Assembly: GCA_021789435.1 (NCBI GenBank)
Contig: JAJYJO010000004.1
Span: 5,108-69,107, forward strand
DNA from: Chloroflexota bacterium
Lineage (GTDB): Bacteria > Chloroflexota > Limnocylindria > Limnocylindrales > CSP1-4
Direction of reading: 5' to 3'
Length of the DNA: 64,000 nucleotides
Numbering within the stretch: the stretch's first letter is position 1; each line of letters opens with the position of its first letter. Positions 38,698 to 48,101 of this stretch are shown piece after piece. Position numbers and translations under genes: made by a program. The notes beneath the pieces were generated by a model. That model searched no databases and was not told the origin of the DNA. It saw only the letters and a list, made by a program, of their open reading frames with translations.

Positions 38698-39639
38698 CTA
38701 CTCGGCGCCCCGGCCCTCGACCGGTTCCATCAGCTCGCCCAGGGCGGCGCCGAGCTCCTCGTAGGCGGCCGAACACAGGTCGTTCGGGTCGGGTGCCCGG
38801 AGCTGGACGCAGACGTGGTCGGCACCGGCGTCGAGGTGCTCCCGGATGCGGGCGGCGATCGTGGCCGCGTTTCCCCGGACGACCACGGCGTCGAGCAGTC
38901 GGTTGCTCCCGCCGCCCGTCACGTCCTCTTCGCCCCAGCCGAGTCGGCGCAGGTTGTCGGTGTAGTTGGAGAGAGAGAGGTAGCGGGCTGCAAAGGCCCG
39001 GGCCACCTCCCGCGAGCGGGCATGGTCGGTGTCGAGGACGGCCGTCTGCTCGACCGCGAGGAAGGCCGAGTCGCCCAGGTGCCGGCGGGCGAAGGCGGTG
39101 TGCTCGACCGGCACGAAGTAGGAGTGGGCACCATCCGCCCGCGCCGCCGCCAGCTCGAGCATCCGTGGGCCGAGCGCCGCCAGGATCACGGGTGGGCGCT
39201 GCGCGCCGGCGGGCCCGACCCAGTTCGCCGCCTCCATCGCCTCGAGATAGGCGGTCATGCGCGCGATCGGGCGTTCGTAGACGCTGCCGCGCGACGCGAC
39301 GGACGGGGCGTGGCTGACGCCGATACCGAGGACGAATCGGCCGGGGTGGGCCTCGGCCAGGGTCCTCGCGCCGTTGATCATGGCCATCGGGTCCCGGGCG
39401 TAGATGTTTGCGATCCCGCTGGCGATGGCAACGCGCTCGCCGCCCTGGAGGAGGATCGCCGCGTGGGCGAGCGCCTCCTTGCTGCCGTTGCTTTCCGGGT
39501 ACCAGACCGCCCCGAAGCTGAGCGACTCGTAGTGGGCAACGGCCGCCCGCTCGGTCGCGGCCGGCTTGGTCTGGAGGGCGAAGCTCCAGACGCCGACCCG
39601 CCCCAGGGCGACGCGGAGATCCTGCCGTGGATCCGTCAT
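38698..39639 (-). CDS. luciferase-like monooxygenase (LLM) class, probably F420-dependent, oxidoreductase
   Basis: LLM fold (GIGVSHAPSV, ILAALGPRMLELAA). Start trimmed to MTDPRQ. Confidence 0.7.
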   Translation of the reverse strand: MTDPRQDLRVALGRVGVWSFALQTKPAATERAAVAHYESLSFGAVWYPESNGSKEALAHAAILLQGGERVAIASGIANIYARDPMAMINGARTLAEAHPGRFVLGIGVSHAPSVASRGSVYERPIARMTAYLEAMEAANWVGPAGAQRPPVILAALGPRMLELAAARADGAHSYFVPVEHTAFARRHLGDSAFLAVEQTAVLDTDHARSREVARAFAARYLSLSNYTDNLRRLGWGEEDVTGGGSNRLLDAVVVRGNAATIAARIREHLDAGADHVCVQLRAPDPNDLCSAAYEELGAALGELMEPVEGRGAE

Positions 39640-39897
39640 GGCCGGTTGACCTCCTCGGTGACGGGCCCCGCGCGGGAGCCCGGTTGCGGCTTGTCGATTG
39701 CTCCAGTCTGCGCGCCGGCAGGATCGGGCGCCGGAGCGGTGAAGACTCCTCGCGGGGGTCGCGCGCCGACGCGCGTCACCCCACAGGCCGCGCGGATCGC
39801 CACGCCAGCGGCCAGGCCGCTCCCGCCCGAACATCGGCCAGCGCCGCCCGGCCACGGTCCGGGCGGCGCTGGCCCATCCGCGCCCGGCCCCGGACGA

Positions 39898-40926
39898 TCA
39901 GCCGGCTTGGCCGTCCACCTCGCGCCGAGACTCGACGACCGTCGCCGGCGTGTTGTGCACGCCCGGACCGGCGGCGATGGCGGGGATCGTGCCCAGCCGG
40001 CCTGCCTGGTAGTCGGCGAAGGCCTGCAGGACCTCCTCGCGGGTGTTCATGACGAAGGGGCCCATCCAGGCGACGGGCTCCCGGATCGGGCGGCCGCCCA
40101 GGAAGAGGACGTCCACGGTCGGGCTGCGGCTCTCCTGGACCTGCCCGGCGTCCACGGTGAGCGTGTTGCCCGGCCCGAAGACGACCAGCTGGCCGGTCCG
40201 GACCGGCCGTCGCTCGACCCCCGCCGTCCCTTGGCCGGCGAGGACGTAGGCCAGCGCGTTGTAGTCGGCCCGCCAGGGGAGCGCAAGGCGGGCACCCGGG
40301 CTGAGCGTCGCGTGGACGAGCGTCATGGGGGTGTACGTGGAGCCGGGCCCGGCGTGACCGGCCACATCGCCGGCGATCACCCGGACCAGGGCGCCGCCGT
40401 CGCTCGACGAGACGAGGGCGACCTCCTTCGCGCGCAGGTCCTGGTAGCGGGGTGCCGCCCACTTCTGGGTGCGCGGCAGGTTGACCCAGAGCTGGAAGCC
40501 GTGGAAGAGCCCGCCGCTCACCACCAGCGTCTCCGGCGGCTTCTCGATGTGGAGGATTCCGGCACCGGCGGTCATCCACTGGGTGTCGCCGTTGGTGATG
40601 ACGCCGCCGCCGCCGTTGGAGTCGTGGTGCTCGAAGATGCCGTCGAGCATGTAGGTGACGGTCTCGAAGCCGCGGTGAGGGTGCCATGGGGTGCCCTTGG
40701 GCTCGCCCGGCGCGTACTCCACTTCGCCCATCTGGTCGAGGTGGACGAACGGGTCGAGGTCGGCCAGGTCGACGCCGGCGAAGGCCCGCCGGACGGGGAA
40801 GCCCTCGCCCTCCAGTCCGTGGGGCGCGGTCGTGACGCTCCTGACGCCGCGCTGGCGGGCGACCGTCGGATCGGGGTCGGCGATCCGCGGCAGGACGGTG
40901 ATGTCGTCGGCGGTGATGGCGGGCAT
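39898..40926 (-). CDS. pirin-family bicupin
   Basis: HPHRGFETVTYMLDG and WMTAGAGILHIE cupin motifs. Confidence 0.85.
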   Translation of the reverse strand: MPAITADDITVLPRIADPDPTVARQRGVRSVTTAPHGLEGEGFPVRRAFAGVDLADLDPFVHLDQMGEVEYAPGEPKGTPWHPHRGFETVTYMLDGIFEHHDSNGGGGVITNGDTQWMTAGAGILHIEKPPETLVVSGGLFHGFQLWVNLPRTQKWAAPRYQDLRAKEVALVSSSDGGALVRVIAGDVAGHAGPGSTYTPMTLVHATLSPGARLALPWRADYNALAYVLAGQGTAGVERRPVRTGQLVVFGPGNTLTVDAGQVQESRSPTVDVLFLGGRPIREPVAWMGPFVMNTREEVLQAFADYQAGRLGTIPAIAAGPGVHNTPATVVESRREVDGQAG

Positions 40927-40995
40927 GGCGTATGTGGGGCCTCACGGAGGCGGGGCGGATGGCCGGGACACCTGGCCCTCCCGCCGGGCCGGACG

Positions 40996-41027
40996 AAATG
41001 ATTGCATATGCAACTATCTGGTGTCAA
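40996..41027 (-). promoter_or_regulatory. candidate promoter on the minus strand: TTGACA, 8 nt, palindrome TTGCATATGCAA, TCATTT; faces the pirin gene
   Basis: Direct inspection. The perfect 12-bp palindrome is at 41002-41013. Confidence 0.5.
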
Positions 41028-41406
41028 GGGGCGGACGCGCCGAGGGCCAGCGGCAGTGGATCCGGGGGGCTGGAGGTTTCGGCTATGCGAACCCTCGTCT
41101 CATGCGGTGACGCACATAGACAGGGTGCGACGGGCTCGGCCCGGCGGGCGCGGCGCGCCAACCGGCGCGGCCGGCGCGGCCCGCCACCGGGCGCGGGCCC
41201 TGCCGGCAATCCACGGCGTTCCCTCGATGCGGTGACTCGGGCGGGTGGGTTTCCGGGTTCTGCGCCCGGGCGCGACGTCGCCGGGACGCGAGGTCGCCGG
41301 GTCGAGGGCGGATGCCCCATGCTGTACCGGTGCCGGCGCGAATGCCGGCGCCATGCCCGGTGGCCGAGCGATGCCCCGACCGGACAGGCGTGCGCCAGGA
41401 GAGGTG

Positions 41407-41685
41407 ATGTATCAGCTGCTCTTCTACGACCTGGTCGAGGACTACCTGGCCCGACGCGCACCCCTGCGCGATGCGCACCTTGGCTTGGTCCGAGACGCAC
41501 ATGCCCGCGGGGAGCTGGTCCTCGCCGGCGCCTTCGGCGACCCGGTCGAGGGGGCCCTCCTCGTCTTCCGTGGCCCGGACCCAACCATCCCGGAGCGGTT
41601 TGTGGCCGCGGACCCCTACGTGCTCCAGGGGCTCGTCGCCGCCTGGCGCGTGCGGCCCTGGAACCAGGTGGTCGTCGAGGAATGA
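41407..41685 (+). CDS. YciI-like protein
   Basis: About 92 aa with a YciI fold signature (LFYDLVEDYLARRAPLRDAHL...GAFGDP). AGGAGAGG ribosome-binding site. Confidence 0.65.
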   Translation: MYQLLFYDLVEDYLARRAPLRDAHLGLVRDAHARGELVLAGAFGDPVEGALLVFRGPDPTIPERFVAADPYVLQGLVAAWRVRPWNQVVVEE

Positions 41686-41716
41686 GCAACCCCGGCGCTC
41701 CGGCGCCGAGCGGTGA

Positions 41717-42541
41717 GTGATCGTGCAGCTCGTTGTTCTCAAGGTCATCCTGACGCCGGTGCTGGTCGGCGTGGCCAGCTTGGGGGCGCGGCGCTGGGGC
41801 CCCGCGGCCGGGGGATGGATCGTGTCGCTCCCGCTGACCTCCGGCCCGGTCGCCTTCTTCCTCGCCGTCCAATCGGGCCCTGCCTTCGGGGCGGCGACTG
41901 CCGAGGCGTCCATGGCGGGCTGCGTGGCCATCGCCCTCTACGCCAGCGCCTACGCGCGGGCCGTGCTCTGGGCCCCGGCGCGGGGCTGGCCGATGGCCCT
42001 GGCCGCCGGCGCCGTCGGCTGGCTGGCGGGGGCGCTGTTCGTCCAGCCCGTGCTCCACTGGCCGGTGGGGCTTCTCTTCATCCCGGTCGTGGCGATCGCG
42101 CTGCTGGCGCTTCGCACCATGCCCTCCGCCGACGCGGCGGAGACGACGACCGGCCGCGGACCCTGGGAGGTGCCCCTGCGGATGGCGCTCGGCACGGCCA
42201 TCGTCCTCGTCGTGACCGCGGCCGCCCCGCTGCTCGGCTCAGGGCCGGCGGGGATCGTGGCCATGCTGCCGATCGTCGTCACCATCCTGGCCGTCTTCGC
42301 CCATCGCGGCGGCGGTCCGGAACACGGCATCGCGGTCCAGCGCGGCCTCCTCTCGGGATTGGTGGGCACGGCCTGCTTCCTGGGGGTCGTCGCGGCCGCC
42401 CTGCCCGCGTGGGGCGTCGGCGCGGCGTTCCTGGCGGCGATGATCGCGGTCCTCGCGGTGCAGGTCGTCGCGCTGCGGCTGCTGCGGGGGTCGGTTGCCG
42501 GCGGCCTGGCGATCGCCGGCGGAGAGGTGCCCGGGGGGTAG
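41717..42541 (+). CDS. hypothetical multi-pass membrane protein
   Basis: Seven to eight hydrophobic helices. No recognisable motif. Confidence 0.5.
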   Translation: MIVQLVVLKVILTPVLVGVASLGARRWGPAAGGWIVSLPLTSGPVAFFLAVQSGPAFGAATAEASMAGCVAIALYASAYARAVLWAPARGWPMALAAGAVGWLAGALFVQPVLHWPVGLLFIPVVAIALLALRTMPSADAAETTTGRGPWEVPLRMALGTAIVLVVTAAAPLLGSGPAGIVAMLPIVVTILAVFAHRGGGPEHGIAVQRGLLSGLVGTACFLGVVAAALPAWGVGAAFLAAMIAVLAVQVVALRLLRGSVAGGLAIAGGEVPGG

Positions 42542-42710
42542 ACCCGTGAGGTGGCCGGCCGGCGGGGGCGAGCCGGCCCGTGCGGGGGCGCTGGCCGGTG
42601 CGGCCCGGCGGGTCGGGAAGCCGGCGACGATGCCAGCCGTCGCGCCGGTCACCCTCGGGCCGCCGGAGCCGTCATCGGGCCGCCGGAGCCGTCATCGGTC
42701 CGCCGGCCCC

Positions 42711-44009
42711 TCACTCCGGGGTGCAGGCCGCGGCCCGCTCCAGGAGGAATGCGCGCTCCCGCGCATTGCGCGCCATGGCGGCCGCGCGCTCGAACTCCAC
42801 GCGCGCCTCCTGGGGCCGGTCCAGCTTCGCCAGCAGGTCGCCACGGACGGTCGGGAGAAGGTGATAGTGGGCAAGGATCGGCTCCGCCGTCAGGGTGTCG
42901 ACGAGCTCCAGGCCCGCGGCGGGACCGTAGGCCATCGCGACCGCCACCGCCCGGTTGAGCTCGACGACCGGCGATGGACTGAGCTGGGCGAGCACGTCGT
43001 AGAGCGCGACGATGCGCGCCCACTCCGTTTCCTCCGGAGTCCGCGCCCGCGCATGGCAGGCGGCGATCGCGGCCTGGAGGGCGTACGGACCGAGCGGGCC
43101 CCCGTGCGCGCCGGCGAGGGCCTCCGCCCGTGCCAGCGCCGCCAGGCCGCGATGGATCAGGAGCCGGTCCCAGCGACCGCGGTTCTGCTCGAGCAGCGGG
43201 ATCGGCCGGCCCACCGGGTCGACTCGGGCGCGGATTCGCGAGGCCTGGATCTCCATGAGCGCGACGAGGCCGTGGACCTCGGACTCGTCCGGCATCAGGC
43301 CGGCCAGGATCCGCCCGAGCCGCAGCGCGTCCTCGCAGAGCTCAGGCCGCACCCAGTCCTCGCCCGCGGTCGCCGCGTAGCCCTCATTGAAGACGAGGTA
43401 GATGACCTGCAGCACGGACGACAGGCGCGCCCCGAGCTCCGGCCCGGTGGGGACCTGGAACGGCACGTGTGCCGCCGCGAGTGCCCGCTTGGCGCGCACG
43501 ATCCGCTGGGCAACGGTCGGCTCCGGGACCAGGAACGCCCGGGCGATCTCGTCGGTGGTCAGTCCACCGAGCAGACGCAGCGTGAGGGCCACCCGGGCGT
43601 CGGCCGAGAGCACCGGATGGCAGGCGGTGAAGACCAGGCGCAGCAGGTCGTCGCCGATCTCCTCGTCCGTGATGGTGGCGTCGAGGTCGGGGGCCGTCTC
43701 CTGGGCGACCGCCAGCTCGCGCGCCAGCTCCCGGTGCTTGCGGGCGAGGGTCGCGTGCCGTCGAAGCAGGTCGATCGCGCGGTGCTTTGCGGTGCCCACG
43801 AGCCAGGCGCCCGGGTTCGCCGGCACGCCCGAGCCCGGCCACTGCTCGAGCGCGGCGATGAGGGCGTCCTGGGCAAGATCCTCCGCGAGCCCCACGTCGC
43901 CCACGATGCGGGAGAGGCCGGCGATCACCCTGGCCGATTCGATGCGCCAGACTGCCTCGATGGCGCGGTGGGATTCGGAGGTGGTAGCCGCCGAGCTCGA
44001 CCGAGTCAC
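42711..44009 (-). CDS. ECF sigma factor with a roughly 230-aa C-terminal TPR-like extension (ECF42-like)
   Basis: Sigma-70 regions 2 and 4 (DLAQDALIAALEQW, LTTDEIARAFLVPEPTVAQRIVRAKRAL) plus a long C-terminal helical extension. Confidence 0.75.
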   Translation of the reverse strand: MTRSSSAATTSESHRAIEAVWRIESARVIAGLSRIVGDVGLAEDLAQDALIAALEQWPGSGVPANPGAWLVGTAKHRAIDLLRRHATLARKHRELARELAVAQETAPDLDATITDEEIGDDLLRLVFTACHPVLSADARVALTLRLLGGLTTDEIARAFLVPEPTVAQRIVRAKRALAAAHVPFQVPTGPELGARLSSVLQVIYLVFNEGYAATAGEDWVRPELCEDALRLGRILAGLMPDESEVHGLVALMEIQASRIRARVDPVGRPIPLLEQNRGRWDRLLIHRGLAALARAEALAGAHGGPLGPYALQAAIAACHARARTPEETEWARIVALYDVLAQLSPSPVVELNRAVAVAMAYGPAAGLELVDTLTAEPILAHYHLLPTVRGDLLAKLDRPQEARVEFERAAAMARNARERAFLLERAAACTPE

Positions 44010-44434
44010 GCCCGCCGCTGCCCCGCGGCGGACCGCGCCCGCAGCCGCTCCTCGTGCTCGCGGAGCTCCGGGCTGAGCGCCGCCCCGAAGTCATCCGGCT
44101 CGAAGATCTGGCGGATCTCGATCGCCACGCCGCCGCCGAACGGGGCGCGCTTGACCCATTCGATCGCCTCGTCGAGCGAGCGGCACTGCCAGATCCAGTA
44201 GCCGGCGATCAACTCCTTCGACTCGGTGAACGGGCCGTCGATGACCGTCCGCCGGTCGCCGTCGAAGACGACGCGGGCGCCCTTCGAGGTCGCCTGGAGG
44301 CCGTCGGCCGCCAGCAGCACGCCGGCCCTGACCAGCTCCTCGTTGAACCTGCCCATCGCCTCGAGAAGGTCCGGGGTGGGAAGGACGCCGGCTTCCGACT
44401 CCGGACCCGCCGGGACCAGGACCATGAACCGCAT
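44006..44434 (-). CDS. YCII-related/DGPF-domain protein, translationally coupled to the ECF sigma gene
   Basis: MRFMVLVP....DGPFTESKELIAGYWIW. GGAGG 6 nt upstream of the ATG. Its stop overlaps the sigma GTG. Confidence 0.7.
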   Translation of the reverse strand: MRFMVLVPAGPESEAGVLPTPDLLEAMGRFNEELVRAGVLLAADGLQATSKGARVVFDGDRRTVIDGPFTESKELIAGYWIWQCRSLDEAIEWVKRAPFGGGVAIEIRQIFEPDDFGAALSPELREHEERLRARSAAGQRRA

Positions 44435-44625
44435 CTCGTGCCTCCTGTGGGGCTGCCGGTCAGCGGGCCGGCCCAGCCGGCCGTGGAACGCTGCCTCTAC
44501 CGGTGCATCGAACGGGCGGCGCCGGAATCGACAGCGAAAGTCTCCGTGCCCGGGCCCGATCCGTCGAGGGCGCACGTGGCGCGTCCCACGCGGCGCCGGT
44601 TCGCGGCTTGGACGGTGGCGGCGAC

Positions 44626-44898
44626 TCAGCCGCCGGCGCCGCCCGAGACCGCGGGGATGATGTGGACGGTCGATTCGGGACCGAGCGGCGTGTCGAGGCC
44701 GGCCAGCTCGCCGTCGACGAAGACGTTGATGTGCTCCCGGATCGCCGGTCCGGAGGTCAGCAGGCGGTCGGCGAGACCCGGAACCGTCCGGTCGAGCGCG
44801 TCGACCAGCTGCAGCACCGAGGCTGCCTCGACCGCCAGCCGGCGGGGCGTGCCCGGAAAGAGTGCGACGAGCGATCGCGGCAGAAGGACCTCGGCCAT
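44626..44898 (-). CDS. MoaD/ThiS-family ubiquitin-like sulfur-carrier protein ending in GG
   Basis: 90 aa. INVFVDGE....STVHIIPAVSGGAGG matches the MoaD C-terminus. Weak Shine-Dalgarno. Confidence 0.55.
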   Translation of the reverse strand: MAEVLLPRSLVALFPGTPRRLAVEAASVLQLVDALDRTVPGLADRLLTSGPAIREHINVFVDGELAGLDTPLGPESTVHIIPAVSGGAGG

Positions 44899-44935
44899 CG
44901 CCGGCAGCCCGCGGATGCAGGCTCCTCCCGTGCGC

Positions 44936-46012
44936 TCAGCGCTCGACCACCACGGCATCGACCGAGGCGATCGGCGGCAGGTGTTCGGCGATGGGGGCCC
45001 AGGTATCACCCTCGTCGGCCGAGCCGAAGAGCTGCCCGGTGGAGGTGCCGATGTAGACGCCGGCCGGCTCGAGTTCGTCGACGGCCATCGCCTCGCGCAG
45101 GACGGCGAGATAGGCGTCGTGCTCGGGCAGGCCGCGAGCCAGCCGCGACCAGCTCCGGCCGCGGTCCCGGGTCCGCCAGACCGCCGGCCTGCCCTGCGGT
45201 ACGAAGCGCCCCTTGTCCGCGCCGTTGAGCGGCACGACCCAGGCCGTGGCCGGATCCCGCGGATGAGCCGCGATGGGGAAGCCGAAGTCGGAAGGGAGCT
45301 GGCCGGTGATCTCCGTCCAGGTCGCCGCCCCGTCGTCGGAACGGTAGACGCCGCAGTGGTTCTGCTGGTAGAGCGTGGCCGGCTCGCCGGCCGCCATCGC
45401 CACCTTGTGGACGCACTGGCCGAACTCGGGGTGCGGGTCCGGCAGGAAGTCGGCCCGCACGCCGCGGTTGCGCGTCGCCCAGGTCGCGCCGGAGTCACGC
45501 GTCTCGAAGACGCCGACGGCGCTGATGCCGACCCACAGGTGCCGGGGGTCCGTCGGGTCCGCGATGATCGTGTGGCAGATGAGGCCGCCGTTGCCCGGCT
45601 GCCAGTCCGGCGTGCTCGGGTGGGCGCGCAGGCCCGCGACGTGCTCCCAGGTCTGCCCGCCGTCGGCGCTCCGGAAGAGACCGGCCGGCTCGACACCGGC
45701 ATAGACGGTCCCGCCGGCGGCCGTCACGTTCCAGACCCTGGTGAGCCTGGGGCCGTCGTCGCCATAGGCCAGGCCGGCCGAGGAGTGCGTCCAGGTCGCG
45801 CCGAGGTCCGTGCTCCGCCAGACGGCAGGCCCGAACCAGGGCGAGCCGGTCCCCGCCAGGATCGCCCCGACCGAGCGGTCGTAGCTGACGTCGAAGACGG
45901 GCCAGCCCTCGCAGAGCGGACCGCGGATCGACCAGACCGCGCGCTCCAGGCCGCTCTCGACCAGGAACGCGCCCTTCCTGGTCCCCACCAGGAGCATCAC
46001 ACCAAGCGCCAT
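44936..46012 (-). CDS. BNR/sortilin-type repeat (Ycf48-like beta-propeller) protein
   Basis: Repeated S-x-D-x-G-x-T-W motifs (STDLGATW, SADGGQTW, SGATWAT, DDGAATW, SADEGDTW). GAGGAGG ribosome-binding site. Confidence 0.7.
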   Translation of the reverse strand: MALGVMLLVGTRKGAFLVESGLERAVWSIRGPLCEGWPVFDVSYDRSVGAILAGTGSPWFGPAVWRSTDLGATWTHSSAGLAYGDDGPRLTRVWNVTAAGGTVYAGVEPAGLFRSADGGQTWEHVAGLRAHPSTPDWQPGNGGLICHTIIADPTDPRHLWVGISAVGVFETRDSGATWATRNRGVRADFLPDPHPEFGQCVHKVAMAAGEPATLYQQNHCGVYRSDDGAATWTEITGQLPSDFGFPIAAHPRDPATAWVVPLNGADKGRFVPQGRPAVWRTRDRGRSWSRLARGLPEHDAYLAVLREAMAVDELEPAGVYIGTSTGQLFGSADEGDTWAPIAEHLPPIASVDAVVVER

Positions 46013-46111
46013 CGGGGCCCTCCTCTCATTGTTCGCGATAGGGTAGTGGCTGGACCACTTCAGGTCATCCCCCCTCTGGCGCGAACGGCGCGGCTGGACG
46101 ATGCTGAGGAG

Positions 46112-46828
46112 GTGACAGCGACGGCGCGAGTCCGGATCCTGGTCGTCGACGACGAGCCGCCCATCGTGGAGCTGGTCCGCGGCTACCTCGAACGGGAGGG
46201 CTGGGAGGTGCTCCTGGCCCAGGACGGGCCGACCGCCGTGGAACGGGCCCGGTCCAAACGGCCGGACGTGATCGTCCTGGACCTGATGCTGCCCGGACTG
46301 GACGGCCTCGAGGTCTGCCGCCGGGTCCGGACCTTCTCCGACGCCTACATCCTGATGCTGACCGCCCGGGCCGAGGAGGTCGACCGGATCGTCGGCCTCG
46401 CGGTGGGCGCCGACGACTACCTGGTCAAGCCCTTCAGCCCACGGGAGCTCGTGGCGCGGGTCCGGGCGCTCCTCCGCCGGCCACGCGCCGCACCGGGCGT
46501 CGGGGCACCGGGCGTCGCGGCACCGGGCGTCGGCGGACCGGTCGGGCTGGAGGTGGACGAGCCGCGCCACGAGGTCCGCGTCGACGGGGCGGCGGTGGAG
46601 CTGACCGCGACCGAGTTCGGGATCGTGGCCGCCCTGGCCCGCGATCCCGGCGTGGTGGTGGGCCGGGCCGCGCTCCTCGACCGCGTCTGGGGCGCGACCT
46701 TCGTCGGCGACGATCATCTTGTCGACGTCCACATCGCCAATCTCCGGCGCAAGCTGGGCGACGACCCGGCCGCGCCCCGCTTCATCGAGACCGTCCGCGC
46801 CGTGGGCTACCGGCTCCTCGACCGATGA
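46112..46828 (+). CDS. OmpR-family response regulator (CopR/CusR-like)
   Basis: RILVVDDEP...D receiver domain and a winged-helix trans_reg_C domain, with an inserted APGVGAPGVAAPGVGGP repeat. Confidence 0.8.
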   Translation: MTATARVRILVVDDEPPIVELVRGYLEREGWEVLLAQDGPTAVERARSKRPDVIVLDLMLPGLDGLEVCRRVRTFSDAYILMLTARAEEVDRIVGLAVGADDYLVKPFSPRELVARVRALLRRPRAAPGVGAPGVAAPGVGGPVGLEVDEPRHEVRVDGAAVELTATEFGIVAALARDPGVVVGRAALLDRVWGATFVGDDHLVDVHIANLRRKLGDDPAAPRFIETVRAVGYRLLDR

Positions 46829-47922
46829 TCCGCCTGCCGCGGTCCCTGCGCGCCCGCCTCCTGCTGGCCAACCTCGTCGTGGCCGGCGCGGCGCTCGGCA
46901 CGGTGGTCGTGGCCGTCAGCCTGGTCGGGCCCGGCTACTTCGCCCAGGCGATGGGCCACAGCCCGACGGACGCGATGGGCGCGATGATGGACCAGGCCAC
47001 CCTGCTCGCCTTCGACGACGCCGTGCGCAACGCCCTGGTGGCCGCCGGCGTGATCGCGGTGATCGCATCGGTCGTGGTCAGCCTGGCCGTGTCGGGAGCG
47101 ATCGCCGGCCCGGTGACCCGGCTCGCCGGTGCGGCCAGGCGGGTCGCCCGCGGGCACTACGCGGAGCGCGTCCCGGGCGCCGGCGAGGGGGAGCTCGGCG
47201 AGCTGGCGGCCTCGTTCAACGCGATGAGCGCCTCGCTGGAGGCAACCGAGACCCGCCGCGTCCAGCTGGTGGGGGACGTGGCCCACGAGCTGCGGACGCC
47301 GCTCTCCACCCTCGACGGTTACCTGGAGGGCCTCCAGGACGGGGTCATCACCCCGGGCGACGAGACCTGGCAGCTGCTGCGGACCGAGACGGCGCGCCTG
47401 ACGCGGCTCGTCAGCGACCTCCAGGAGCTGTGGCGGGCCGAGGCCCGCCAGCTGCCGCTCAGGGTCGAGCCGGTCGACGGCGCGGCGGTGGTGCGCGAGC
47501 TGGTCGCGCAGTTCGCGCCGCAGGCCGCGGCCCACGGCATCCGGTTGCGGCCGGAGTTGCCGGACCGGCTGATGGTCCGGGCGGATCGCGACCGGCTGGC
47601 CCAGATCCTCGCCAACTACCTTTCCAACGCCATCCGCTACAGCCCGGACGGGGGAGCGGTGACCGTTTGGGCCCGCCGGGTGGGGGAGGCGGTCGAACTC
47701 GCGGTCGTCGACCAGGGGCCGGGTCTCACCCCCGAGCAGCAGGCCCAGGTCTTCGAGCGCTTCTACCGGGTCGATCCGTCGCGCTCGCGAGCGCTCGGCG
47801 GGTCGGGCATCGGCCTGGCGATCGCGCGGGCGCTGGCGAGCGCGATGGACGGGCATGTCCGCGCCGAATCGGCCGGGCCGGGCCGGGGAGCCACCTTCTT
47901 GGTGACCCTGCCGGCCGTGTAG
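46825..47922 (+). CDS. sensor histidine kinase (HAMP-HisKA-HATPase)
   Basis: Two transmembrane helices, HAMP, VAHELRTPLS H-box, and G-boxes DQGPGL and GGSGIGLAIAR. ATGA overlap with the regulator gene. Confidence 0.8.
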   Translation: MIRLPRSLRARLLLANLVVAGAALGTVVVAVSLVGPGYFAQAMGHSPTDAMGAMMDQATLLAFDDAVRNALVAAGVIAVIASVVVSLAVSGAIAGPVTRLAGAARRVARGHYAERVPGAGEGELGELAASFNAMSASLEATETRRVQLVGDVAHELRTPLSTLDGYLEGLQDGVITPGDETWQLLRTETARLTRLVSDLQELWRAEARQLPLRVEPVDGAAVVRELVAQFAPQAAAHGIRLRPELPDRLMVRADRDRLAQILANYLSNAIRYSPDGGAVTVWARRVGEAVELAVVDQGPGLTPEQQAQVFERFYRVDPSRSRALGGSGIGLAIARALASAMDGHVRAESAGPGRGATFLVTLPAV

Positions 47923-47971
47923 CGCCGGGGCGCCGAAGCGTGGGACCGCCCGGCACCCGGGGCCCTCCTGG

Positions 47972-48009
47972 GCCCGTTTGGTCGGCGCTTGACCGAACCT
48001 TGACCGAAC
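47972..48009. promoter_or_regulatory. perfect tandem 11-bp direct repeat CTTGACCGAAC x2 (47988-48009), preceded by an inverted half-site GTTTGGTC
   Basis: Direct inspection. A tandem direct repeat at roughly 11-bp periodicity fits the binding-site architecture of OmpR-family regulators. Confidence 0.5.
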
Positions 48010-48101
48010 GCCGAGCCGGCCTCCATTGATCTGTGACCTCGGCCGTCTAGGCTCGAATCGAGCCGGCAGTCGACCGGCGGAGACGATCCGGAGGCGGTTC
48101 G

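Noticed and set aside
41002-41235. 77-aa ORF starting exactly at the ATGCATATGCAA palindrome
   Set aside because: Arg/Gly-rich low-complexity product with no ribosome-binding site. The palindrome is better explained as a regulatory site.
44054-46828. 924-aa plus-strand ORF
   Set aside because: Only the last roughly 240 aa (the OmpR-type regulator from the GTG at 46112) are protein-like. The rest is antisense to the BNR, MoaD and DGPF genes.
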